Source: Bugula neritina (Eukaryota; Animalia; Bryozoa). Taken from it: a DNA stretch of 11,902 bases. Position 1 is the stretch's first letter. Each line of letters starts with the position of its first letter. The DNA is taken from contig CAXIUT010000038.1 in NCBI GenBank assembly GCA_964035545.1, positions 1-11,902 of the forward strand, written 5' to 3'. The notes under the pieces were generated by a model, which saw only the letters and a program-made list of their open reading frames with translations, did no database searches and was not told where the DNA came from. The position numbers and the translations under genes are program-made. This document shows positions 1 to 10,138 of this stretch, in pieces.

Positions 1-87
1 CCCAACCCCAACCCCAACCCCAACCCCAACCCCAACCCCAACCCCAACCCCAACCCCAACCCCAACCCCAACCCCAACCCCAACCCC
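1..87 (+). repeat. Left telomere, (CCCCAA)n
   Basis: Perfect C4A2 hexamer array from base 1 to 87, then AT-rich unique sequence. C4A2 is the Tetrahymena/oligohymenophorean-type ciliate telomere repeat. Confidence 0.98.
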
Positions 88-230
88 TTTCAAGCATGAA
101 TATGAATAAATAATCATATTGTTTTTAATTAATAGTCATATTTTTCATAATAGTCACTAGCTAATGATATAATTCTTATTAGTAATACAGAGGTATAAAT
201 GGTTATAATATTATAAAAATAACGACTACA

Positions 231-808
231 ATGCAACGACCAAAACCTCTCCACCTTTTCTCAAAAAGAGCCAACCCTTCTCTTCCCAAATCAGATAAAA
301 AATCAATAGAACTTCAACTATAATAAGCTCTTCAGTAAATACTCTCTCTCAAAGAATAGAATCACATCCTAAACTCCAAAGTACAACATTATGTATATTT
401 CCAACTATTCAGGAACAACTCAATCACAGCTGCCAATAGCAAGAACATCAAATAAGACAACTAACATAATAGCTTACCTTTAGACACTAACAACAAAATG
501 CCATGAACATCATCATCCAAAACTATTAATAAATTAACATACAACTCACAAATAAATTAAAACATCTGCAAGAACAAATTACCAATAAATCAGTACCTTC
601 CCTACCTACTACTGTTTAAAATACACCTGCAGATGAGTCATACTAGATAGATTTGCCATCTACTACTCGATTCAGAAATAGTAGAGGAAGGTCAGAATCA
701 AGAGACAAAAAATAAAACCATCAACTCACTCCCAAATCAAGAGTCAAATTCGACATCAACCAACTCCTCGATTAGTAAATTCCTATCAAAAAGAAAGTCT
801 TTTTCTGA
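231..808 (+). CDS. Hypothetical coiled-coil protein, 185 aa (exons 231-392, 413-808; TAA/TAG=Glu)
   Basis: MQRPKPLHLFSKR...SIELQLEEALQEILSLKEENHILNSKVQHY|EQLNHSCQEQEHQIRQLTEEL...KKKVFF-TGA. A 20-nt intron (393-412, GTATATTTCCAACTATTCAG) is needed to avoid a TGA near 503. Heptad-like L/E/Q pattern. Confidence 0.7.
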
Positions 809-945
809 TTGATAATCAATATGCCTCATATCTACTATATTACTCATCAGAAAGATAAATCAAATCTATTAACTGTTAAACCTTTCTCAATTGTTGTTTT
901 AGACTACTAGTTTTAAAAGGATTAAGTAAATAATAAGTTATAAAA

Positions 946-1149
946 TCAACAATGATGCCCATGATGTCCATGATGATGTCCGTGGTGATGTCCATGATGA
1001 TGTCCATGGTGACCATGATGATGACCATGATGACCTCCTCGATGCACATCAATAACAATGTTGCCTCCATGTCTATTGCCGTAGTGTCCATGATGATGTC
1101 CGTGATGATGTTCTCTATGCTCATAGCTGCTTTAACACATTGATCCCAT
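946..1149 (-). CDS. His/Gly-rich microprotein, 67 aa, 30 His; putative metal-binding protein
   Basis: MGSMCESSYEHREHHHGHHHGHYGNRHGGNIVIDVHRGGHHGHHHGHHGHHHGHHHGHHHGHHGHHC-TGA, with one in-frame TAA (1132-1134) read as Glu. Synonymous variation (CAT/CAC, GGA/GGT/GGG) preserves His and Gly in this frame. Confidence 0.85.
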
Positions 1150-1584
1150 TTAACTATTAAATATGATAGATATAAATCATAATTCTATTTATATTATCTT
1201 TGTCTATTCAATTCTTATCTTACAAACATCTATTCATCTCATAGATGTGAGCATATGAAATATCAAATACTTTTATAGAAATTTCTTTATGATTCCTTTA
1301 TTTAGATTTACTTTAATACTCAGTTCAAAACAATAGAAAACAATTAGAATCAATAAATAAAAATAAAATTATAAAAAATGGATAAATCAGAGTCAAAATT
1401 AACCTTAGACAACTTATTGATGCATAAATAAGCATTATTTTTTAATTCTAATTAATTTTATGATTATCAAAAATGCCTACATATCTAAACAATAACACAA
1501 TTAAGCAAATCAATAACCTTTCTCAATATGAGCGTTAAATATAACTTTTTGAAAGAAATAGCAAAATTGAATGCTTTAAAACTA

Positions 1585-1782
1585 TCATTCATGTCCATAA
1601 TGTCCATGCTGTCCTCTTTTATTTCCATTGAAATGCCCCTCATGTTTTTTCTGATATCTATGATTCTTTCCTTGATGATTGTTAATCACCACATTACTTC
1701 TATTTGTCCGTCTCTTTTGGTCATACTCATGTCCTTGATAACATTCTCTCAATTCATAGCTGCTCTCTTGTATCGCTCCCAT
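1585..1782 (-). CDS. Diverged paralogue of the His-rich microprotein, 65 aa
   Basis: MGAIQESSYELRECYQGHEYDQKRRTNRSNVVINNHQG...GQHGHYGHE-TGA. Shares MGxxxESSYExRE and N[IV]VI motifs and flanking non-coding motifs with 946-1149. Confidence 0.75.
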   Translation of the reverse strand: MGAIQESSYELRECYQGHEYDQKRRTNRSNVVINNHQGKNHRYQKKHEGHFNGNKRGQHGHYGHE

Positions 1783-1936
1783 CTAACAATTAAATGTGTT
1801 ATATCTAAGATCATCAACTATTATACTACTTTTATCTATTCAATTCTATTTCACAATATAAAATATTCAATTAATCATCTATTCACTTCAATCAAATAGA
1901 TATAATTAAGTTATAAAAAGCAATATGGTAAAACTA

Positions 1937-2926
1937 TCACTTATCATTTTTTATTTATATTTAGCTTTAAAAGTTAGTCATTTTCAATGAACTTTTCGAA
2001 GGATTTACTTTACTATCTTTGATAACTTATGGCTTTTTCCAATCCTGATACTTCTATATTTCCTAATCATCCATCATAAAAGAAAGTTCCTCTTTCTAAC
2101 ACATCAAACAACCTTAACACTTAATATCACAACTATTTATCCATTCTTTATTTTCTTCTTCATTCATAGATTGATAAACTGACGTCATTTTAACCGATCT
2201 CAGACATTTTTTACAATAGACAGTTAAAGGATTAAAATTTTGAGTCACACATAAAGGACAACTCATTTTTTTATGAATCCAAGTAACAAAACATTGAGGA
2301 TGATATAGATGTCCACATAGTGTTATCACTGTACAACTTTCAGTAAAACATATCGAACAGTTTTATTTAGCATCTATATGATAAGGAAATTGCTAATCCA
2401 TACGATAATCAGCTAAATTAACCACACTAACTGGAGGCTACTCCCTAATTCTCCTAGATACCACAGGATTATTGTTGCTCTACTTTACACATGAGTGAAT
2501 GATAGCTCCAATACAGATAACTATAGGAACAGAAAAAAATATAATTACTATTATGGTTCCAATACCAATCGGCTAAGTTTATTATTCACTTTTATCTGAA
2601 GACTTATTTTCAATTTTACATGAAGATGGTAAATCATTGTCTTTAAGCTTTTCGCAACAGTAAGATCTACAATAAGCCTATGAACGTGGTATCGACATTG
2701 AACAGTTTTAAAAATTTCTATCATCGTCAAAACATAAAACACAAGAATTAAATTTATGTCCTGTTGCATAAATACAGAAAGCCTAAGTCTTAGGCATCAA
2801 ACTTGACAAAATTATTAAACATAGACTGAGTTTTCCTAAGAAGAGCAAAGAGTTTTTTAGTAATGAGACTTAGAAGGTTTTATTTTAACTACATTTTTGG
2901 TTGACAGCAAAGAAAGACTTATACAT
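1937..2926 (-). CDS. Membrane-anchored RING-H2 E3 ubiquitin ligase-like protein, about 329 aa
   Basis: One uninterrupted frame with TAR=Glu. It has a hydrophobic signal-like segment (LSLCLIILSSLMPKTEA/FC), a small Cys-rich ectodomain, a TM helix (IGIGTIIVIIFFSVPIVICIGAII), and a RING-H2 (CSICFTESCTVITLCGHLYHPQCFVTWIHKKMSCPLC), then further CxxC pairs (CKKC, CEGCLMC). The start codon is uncertain. Confidence 0.85.
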
Positions 2927-3111
2927 TTATGTCAGTAATACCTATTAGAAGAATGTACAATTATTAATAATGTTAAAAATGTTATAAATTAAAATTAAAA
3001 ACTAACATAAAACCGTTATTAATCAATAATCTCCTTTTAATATGGTATGAATATTATGAATTGAATATTTGATTTGTTAGAATTATAATTATTATATTGA
3101 ATAATATGTCA

Positions 3112-3704
3112 TCAATAATAATAGTTCACTCTCATCTCATCTCCATAACCTTGATTTAATATGAACATATTAAAATTATTCACATAAGGCATCTGATTTA
3201 TCCCGTAATTCCATAATATGTTATTCATTGGAATAAAACTTTGCTCGTGACTCATGACTAGTTGTTAAATCTGTTCGATTAATCCCTCAGTACCTTGAAC
3301 TTCTTCAACTTATTAGTCTTAAACTTGCTAAACAACCTCTTAGTTCAGAGAGTTTATCTTTTTGATAGCTTCTACATACTTTTTTTTGTAGCCAGAAACT
3401 CCGATTTCATTTCGAATGTATTCCCGTATTCGAGTCAAGTATTTAAACTTAGCAAACATTTTTTGATGATGACTCCTACACTGGGCTGATGTCCTGCTTT
3501 CCACAAAGGCCGAGAGCTGATCATAAAACTGCATCTATCTATGTGTGATTTGAATTACCTCATTTTCTTTTTAGAAGTAATAAAATTTTTATGAATATCA
3601 ACAAAAAGTGTGTAAGAAAGATTCTCTTAGAATGACCAAGAACCTGCATTAGCCATTTAAGAATCCCTCTTAATTTATAGATTCTGTTGTTAGTGATTTT
3701 CCAT
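3112..3704 (-). CDS. Myb/SANT-like DNA-binding protein (SHAQKY-related, ciliate SHHQK type), about 190 aa
   Basis: NAGSWSFEENLSYTLFV...MR|EMQFYDQLSAFVESRTSAQCRSHHQKMF, joined across a 20-nt intron (3539-3558, GTAATTCAAATCACACATAG). An acidic region follows (NEEVVEQVEDEEVEE); it ends in TGA TGA. The start is uncertain. Confidence 0.88.
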
Positions 3705-4795
3705 CTTTTTAAAAATACAATTATAAAACTTGATTTCACTCAACATTAACCAGTTATTTTTTTAGAAATAATATTATCATGTGTTTTACTTCTTGATTAT
3801 GACCTTGTTTCACCTTCAGCCAGGAACAAAGCATTTATTTTTTAACAAGAATTTTGTTGTAATTTATTTATATATTTAAAGTTATTCTGAAGTTAGTTAG
3901 AACATTTTAAGATCAATATAAGATAAAAGGAGTTTATCAAACTTTTTAAAGGTGATTTTTTATTTTTTTATTGTTTTGACTGATTTATTTTTTTAATATT
4001 TTGAAAAAACAATAGTTCTCTTTAACGAAAACTATCTGTTTTACTTGTCAAACTTCTGACTAAGATTATTAAAGGATTTTAGAATTAATTATATTTTTTC
4101 ATTTCTTCAATTATTGAAACTTTATAAAATAGAAATAAATGACGCATAAAACTGCTACCTTTTTATTCTGAAGCTTGATAAGTAACTATTCATAAGAGTT
4201 CAATTATCTAAACATTCTTCTACTCTTCTAACAAGAAACTATAAGCTTATTTTATTGTTATCTAAGGGAAATAATTTTATTCTTGATGGTTTCTTTTGGT
4301 AGAATCCCCATCTTCATTAATCAATTAGATCTAATTTACTTCCAAATAACTTCGTTTTTCGAATATTGCTATTTTATTTGATATTTTCTCTTTTATCTCA
4401 CTTTATTTCATCATTTTAGAAAGAAGTCACCATCTATTTTTGAACTATATTGTATCGAAAATGATTGAAACAAGTCATCGCTGGTGTTCTAGATGAAAAG
4501 GATAACTATATATGATCTAAGAGATCAACTATATTAATTCTTTAGCTGATTCCAATATCTTATCTGGGGTTGATTATCTATATTTTAAATTGAATCAAAT
4601 AAAGTTAAAAGAAAATTATAAAAAAATCCTGTTTGACTTAAAATCAAGTAATTTCTTTTATTTCATAAGCTAAATATATATTTTTTAATATTCTTCAATT
4701 ATCTCATAAAATATTTGTCCATAAATCAATTATCTTATTAATAAAATAACTGAAAACTATTAAAAATAATAAAAATGAAATATTAAACTCTTTAT

Positions 4796-5500
4796 TCAGT
4801 CTATTTCTTTATTTTTCTGTAAAAACAAATGAACCTAACTAAACGCCTTTTTGATATCTTTAGATTTATCACGATTCATTATCCTACTTGAACTTTGATC
4901 TTTAATCCCATTTACTTACTCTTTTTTGTATCTTACCTCGCTCTACAACTCAGCTATCCTCTTCATAGTCATATTGCTTTATTTCTATCCCTTTGTTTAC
5001 ATTTATATCAGCCCTTCATCTAATTTTATGATCAAATTCTTTATCTATTGCTATTTTTTATACAAAAAAGACTACTATCTCGATAAATCCAACTTTCTTC
5101 GCTTCATCCTCTCGATCTAACCCTTCATCTTCTCGATATCTTCTTCTACAAGCTTTATTTCCTTTTTACTTTCTTTTTCTCTCTTCAAATCTCCATTTAC
5201 TCGTCTAACTTGACTATCTAATCCCTGTAACTCTCGATTATGCTTCTTTATTTTCATATTCTATATTTTTAACTGTTCTTATTTTCCTTATAACTCCATC
5301 TGTAAATGACTATTGATATCAATTGAATCTTTACTAGCAGCCAATAACATCTCATACTATTGTTTTATTTTGGCATAGTTGATATGATTTTGACTAAAGA
5401 CATTATCTCTTTCAAATATTTTTTAAGCCAATATTTCTATTGTTTTTTTGTTTTTAAGAGCCAATGATTTATACTTCCTCAACTGATCATTAAGTTCCAT
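4796..5500 (-). CDS. Hypothetical coiled-coil protein, 234 aa
   Basis: MELNDQLRKYKSLALKNKKTIEILAEKIFERD...KRIAELESEVRYKKEEV...QKNKEID-TGA. 235 codons with no internal TGA; E/K-rich heptads. Confidence 0.8.
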
Positions 5501-5529
5501 ATAATCAACTATAATTAAATAAAAAATAA

Positions 5530-7575
5530 TCAAGCAACCAGATAATCAATAATTTTATATATCACAAAACTCACAACCAAAACAACAAATATACTCTCAG
5601 ATTTTATACTTAACTCCTATCGCCATTCATCGTAATTCGTCCCCTTATCCACGGCTTCAACCAACTACATCTACTCATTAGGTTATTACAACTCCTCTAC
5701 CAAACTCATCGCTTGGAGATCAACACTACCAGTTGATGTTTTCTTTTTTATCAATTTAGGTATATTTTTACGACTCTATTACTCACAATACTTTATTATC
5801 TCAGGCTATTATTCCTACTATATCATCACCATGTATTTCTTGTTAAAGTTTTTAGAACTTTAGTCGTTACCATCCTGAGATATCTGTCTCTTTAAAGGAA
5901 TCTCCTTCATCTATACCTAACTTTCTAACTCTTTTGAAGGAAAGATCATTTTTTACTCATTTTATTTTTTATTTCGAGTACTTCTGCCCAAATAATCACT
6001 CTAACTATCTTTTTACTTGCTTCTCTTCAATTGATTTTCATTATTAATATCTTTTATTTTACTAAGAAGATCTTTCTGACTCTATCTCGTAGGTTTATTT
6101 TTCGACAGCATTATATTGTCTTTACTAGTTGAATTTTTATGAAAAATATCAATTTGACTATCTCTACTATTTTTAAGCACTCTTCCCTCTGATTTCATTA
6201 TTTTTTGGGGATTTTTACCGATATCAGTGGTATGGATATTAATGATATACTCCTTTTCTGGTTAATCTTTAAGATGTGATGATTTATCATTTTTAACTTG
6301 ACTATTTTTATGTTTAGACTGTTTATTAGGAGTCTAATCTTCTCTTTCTATTTCTTCATCCCAATCAATATCAATATCAACCAAAGATACAGGTGAAGGC
6401 TTATCTTCTTCCCTCATCTTCTATTCCTAAATATACTATTCATCCATACTATCTCTCACATCTTTAGTCTTAAAGGAATATTTATTACTCTCAATATCGA
6501 CTTGTTTGATAGTTTATGTAGATTTTTTAAAACTAGTAAAAATGTTATCAATTGGTATGTTATTATATGGAGATGATAATTAACTTTTATTGACTGTGTT
6601 GCCAGCTGATCCCTGAATCTATATTGTTTTATTCGAATTCAAACGATTCATAATATCAGTTTTTTATGAATATTCTGTTGGAATATAACTCTATCTAGAT
6701 AGATCTTCTTTAGGATTATATACCAGTCGACGTAAACTTTGTAGCTGTGATGATTTTAACTTTATTCCAAAGGTTTAGATGTTATCTCTAACTACATCAC
6801 TTGATTACATCAGTATTTTTATTATTTTAGATACAAATTTACCCTCATGAAGCATCTTTATCTACTTCCGAATACCCTTCAAAAATATAGAAAATTATTT
6901 ACTACTTTTCAATGCCAATATTCTTTCTTAACTTTTTATTCTATAACCAAAACAAATCAAGAGCAAAAGACCAAGAGAATACAACACAGCCTTAGGATAA
7001 TTTTTACGAATCAAGTCATATTAATTTCCAATATGTAGTAAAATTTAAGGAGCACAAAATTATGATTCCAACTTAACTACTTCTCCAGTTAGTCCCTCAA
7101 ACAAACTATGACTAAAAGGATACACCAATTTAAAAGAATAATTCCCATCTTTTTCCCTCATAATTAATTTATAAGGATTTAAAATCTTTATTGTACATCC
7201 TACTTCCTCACATATGCCAGCTATCGCCAATACATCTTATACCAATTGCAAACAAAACAACTCACTGATACACTCTTTATTTCCTTTTCCTTTCTAGATA
7301 TAATCTCCTAAAATTTAGAATCCTTCCACATCGCAAAAACAATAATACAAATTTTTCTTTTTGAAAAAGCCTTTGATATTTCCAAAGACTCCCTTTTCGA
7401 CCAAAGCATGCAACAAAGCCACCTGATGATGATTAGTAAATACACTTACATGATACTTCAAATTAGTTTGAGTACATGCATATAAATCAGAAGAATCCAA
7501 AGGCCGTAACTTTTTAAAACGAAATAAAGGACGTACTCCTGATTAGTAAGGCTGGAATTCATGATAGTTCAGCAT
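5530..7575 (-). CDS. Pseudokinase-domain protein with long low-complexity linker and C-terminal transmembrane anchor, about 681 aa
   Basis: 682 codons with no internal TGA. Kinase C-lobe motifs are FCAPEIL (APE, E=TAA at 7045-7047), KAVLYSLGLLL (subdomain IX-like) and SKIIKILMESSDVVR (XI-like). No GxGxxG, HRD or DFG. Ends ESIFVVLVVSFVIYKIIDYLVA-TGA. The start at 7575 is inferred; fusion with the upstream gene via an intron is not excluded. Confidence 0.75.
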
Positions 7576-7597
7576 TGTTATAATAAAGATAATGCTA

Positions 7598-8583
7598 TCA
7601 TAATCTGCAAGATATCAACTTCAAACATCCGATTTATATTGCATGCTATATCCACTTCTGACGATACTCCTAGTTGCCAGGATTCTCCTAAGATCGTTTC
7701 TTCATCTGCTCTAAACCATAGTATGATTTTATTGACTCTTTTACAACTCTTCTCAAACACTCAGCTCTCATCTAGGAATCAAGCATGATCGATTCGTTTA
7801 TCAAATGGTCAACATTTTGTTCCTAACTTATCTCATCTTCTGATACAAGGTTGATTGTTTATTTTTGGTTCTTTTTGCGATTTCGAGACAACTCCAGAAT
7901 CATATTGATTTCATCACTTTCAGAAGAAGCAAAACTTTGTTGCTGTATAATATGCTTCTAGAATGAGTTTTGAGGAACTTGCTTGTTTTATTAATTTTTA
8001 TCAATTCTGAGTGTTTCAGCCAAAATAATCAACTCTCGATAGACAGATCGATACTGTTCATCTGGAAACTGTTTGAATTGATCATTTCGATAGTACTTTT
8101 TCACAAAGTTCCATAGTATGGTATATTCACTTTTGACTGTTTTGAAGTTTTAGCCTTGCAGCATCAAAAGCACCAGTTGTTTGACTTTATTTGGACTGAA
8201 AAAGTTACTCTTCAAACTAGATATTCCTCGCTTTCTTACTATACAGCAAACACTCACTATGTTGTTAACCAGCCCTTCAATAATAGCCTTTTTCACTGGG
8301 AAAAGTTTTCTAAATGTATTAAAATTTACTTTTTGATATTAGAAGCAATAGCAGCAAAGTTAGTCTCCCACTTTTGAAATTCATTAAAAGCTTTTTCAAT
8401 TTATGCCTCATTTAACTTTTTTCTCATCATCTCAAAAGAATTAATCAGCTCATTTATCGATTGATGGACTCCAAAGATAGTAAAGATCTCCTCTTGAATC
8501 TCCTTCCATTGCTTTTCATCGTTTTCCTGACGAGACTTAAAGATGTAGTTGTCTACTCTGGTCTATATACACTACTCTTGCAT
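7598..8583 (-). CDS. Hypothetical helical protein, 321 aa (intron 8310-8329)
   Basis: MQEECIETRVDNYIFKSRQENDEKQWKEIQEEIF...ENPGNEEYRQKWIEHAIEIGCLKLISCRL-TGA. The 20-nt intron GTAAATTTTAATACATTTAG restores a long open frame. No family recognised. Confidence 0.75.
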
Positions 8584-8763
8584 TAATTTGATTATATGAT
8601 AGCGCAATTGATATCTTGTGATTTAAATTTAACATATTTATATATTAAGCTTCAATTTCATAAATTAAAAATCAATGTTCCCAATAAATTATTCTTTATT
8701 TTAATCATCAAAAAATAACCTAATAACAGCTTTATCAATCCCCCTAAATATAATAAAATTTGA

Positions 8764-9801
8764 ATGAAATCATCAAAACAACTAACTAAAAGAGGCATCT
8801 CTCCAGTCCTGCATAAGGTATCTTTCATTTGAAGAAGAGCAAAGAATCATCAATCTAAAGAAAAAAGAAAACTTCATCAACACATAATCAAATTTCATGC
8901 AAAACTAAATAATTTGAACCTTATGGAAAATCATAAAAAAAGAAAACTACTAACTATCTCAGAGATATCCTAAGACAACCTTAATCTAATAAATATAGAA
9001 TTGTTACAGAACCAGTCGAAGATAGAATCATGAGTATAGTCAGTTCATCATTTGCTCCATCCAGATCCAAAGGCAAAGTTTAACATGATCACTCTTCACA
9101 TAAAATGAGACCAGCCTCGATATCTAAAAGATAAAGTACTTGTGCTAATTGTCAATAGTATTATTTTTTTGTTAATATAGTTATGCTTCAGAAATAAGTA
9201 AACTTAAAAATGATTTGATAAAGATAGTCAATTAGAAATCACAATGGAAAAATGGATAAAAAAGTTTATAAGATATTAAAGTTTCATGGAGTTTAACCTC
9301 ATCAAAAACAAGATCGAAATCTGCACAAAATAAAGAAATAGATCGTTTAGTACTGGATGTAAAAAGACACTATCATGATCTCATGAAAGATATTTAAAGT
9401 CTAACAGAAATAGATTACCCTAAAATGCTTGCATTAAAGGTATAATTATCATCAAGTAGATCTTCAGATATAAACCTATTGATTAAAATCACCAGAGCAG
9501 TGAATAAACAGAACTTAAATCCCTTCTTGGACAACTAAGAAGTCATTATTAAGTAATAAAATATTAATTTTAGGGAAAATTGACATTCTGGGATCTATAA
9601 GACGAGTCAGAATAAAGTGACCATATCAAAGCGATTTTAAGAAATCTTAGAAGCCGTTTGAACCATTATCTTCGATAGAACTTATAGTTAAAAGCAAAGA
9701 AAGCAATTCTTTAGAAAGCATAACAGATGTCCTCATAATCTTAGTAGTATTTACGACTAATAATCGAGGATGTTTTAAAAAGTTATGACTCGAAATTATG
9801 A
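8764..9801 (+). CDS. Hypothetical protein with basic/Ser-rich N-terminus, CxxC and coiled coils, about 320 aa
   Basis: MKSSKQLTKRGISPVLHK|SKESS...CANCQY|YASEISKLKNDL...LRENLELKAKKAILEKAEQ...SYDSKL-TGA. Introns at 8818-8837 (20 nt), 9158-9180 (23 nt) and 9440-9459 (20 nt) are required; an in-frame 21-nt intron at 9553-9573 is possible. Confidence 0.7.
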
Positions 9802-9811
9802 TTTATCAACA

Positions 9812-10068
9812 TCAAAAGTTATTGTCTTCTTTCTAAGTAAGATCCCGAGTGATATCCCAACTTATCATCTTAGCACAGTCCTCTATTTACAATCATAAAT
9901 ACCCAAACACAATCTTTATTTCCAACCAACTTTTCCATCTCTTCCACTAGCCACATTGCAACTCGATAGACAGTATGTAAGTTCCCTCAAATCCATATCA
10001 ACGTTAGTTTGGATGATTTTGTCGAAATATGGGTTGTTAGTTCCATCTGATGCGAATACAGACTACAT
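9812..10068 (-). CDS. Twin CX3C protein, small Tim (Tim8/9/10/13)-like mitochondrial intermembrane-space protein, 78 aa
   Basis: MESVFASDGTNNPYFDKIIQTNVDMDLRELTYCLSSCNVASGRDGKVGWKERLCLEDCAKMISWDITRDLTEKEDNNF-TGA after removing a 20-nt intron (9883-9902). Pattern CX3C-X16-CX3C with the family-typical E-x-x-C-L-x-x-C. Confidence 0.75.
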
Positions 10069-10138
10069 CAATAATAATCACTATTATCCCACTAAATCTA
10101 ATAGCTTATCTCATATAGATTATTATCGATTGAAGCAG
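10069..10138. promoter_or_regulatory. Putative 70-nt bidirectional promoter/5' UTR region
   Basis: AT-rich gap between the divergent start codons of the small-Tim-like gene (10068, -) and Rab (10139, +). Inferred from position only. Confidence 0.45.

Noticed and set aside
946-1110. CRISPR array or microsatellite interpretation of the ATG/ATGTCC repeats
   Set aside because: There is no repeat-spacer structure, the context is eukaryotic, and the variation is synonymous in the His/Gly frame.
876-1143. Met/Ile-rich ORFs 876-1124 (-) and 952-1143 (+) in the ORF track
   Set aside because: They are alternate-frame and antisense shadows of the (CAT)n/GGA His-Gly repeat gene.
3329-3342. TAAACAACCTCTTA resembling the Tetrahymena chromosome breakage sequence
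   Set aside because: It lacks one core base, lies inside the Myb CDS, and a true Cbs would be removed from macronuclear DNA.
4565-4572. Single internal TGGGGTTG telomere-like unit
   Set aside because: One unit only; compatible with chance.
3740-4798. TGA=Trp read-through extending the 4796-5500 gene in frame through the AT-rich gap
   Set aside because: About five TGAs in ~350 codons is roughly what chance gives at this composition. All well-supported genes use TGG for Trp and have no internal TGA.
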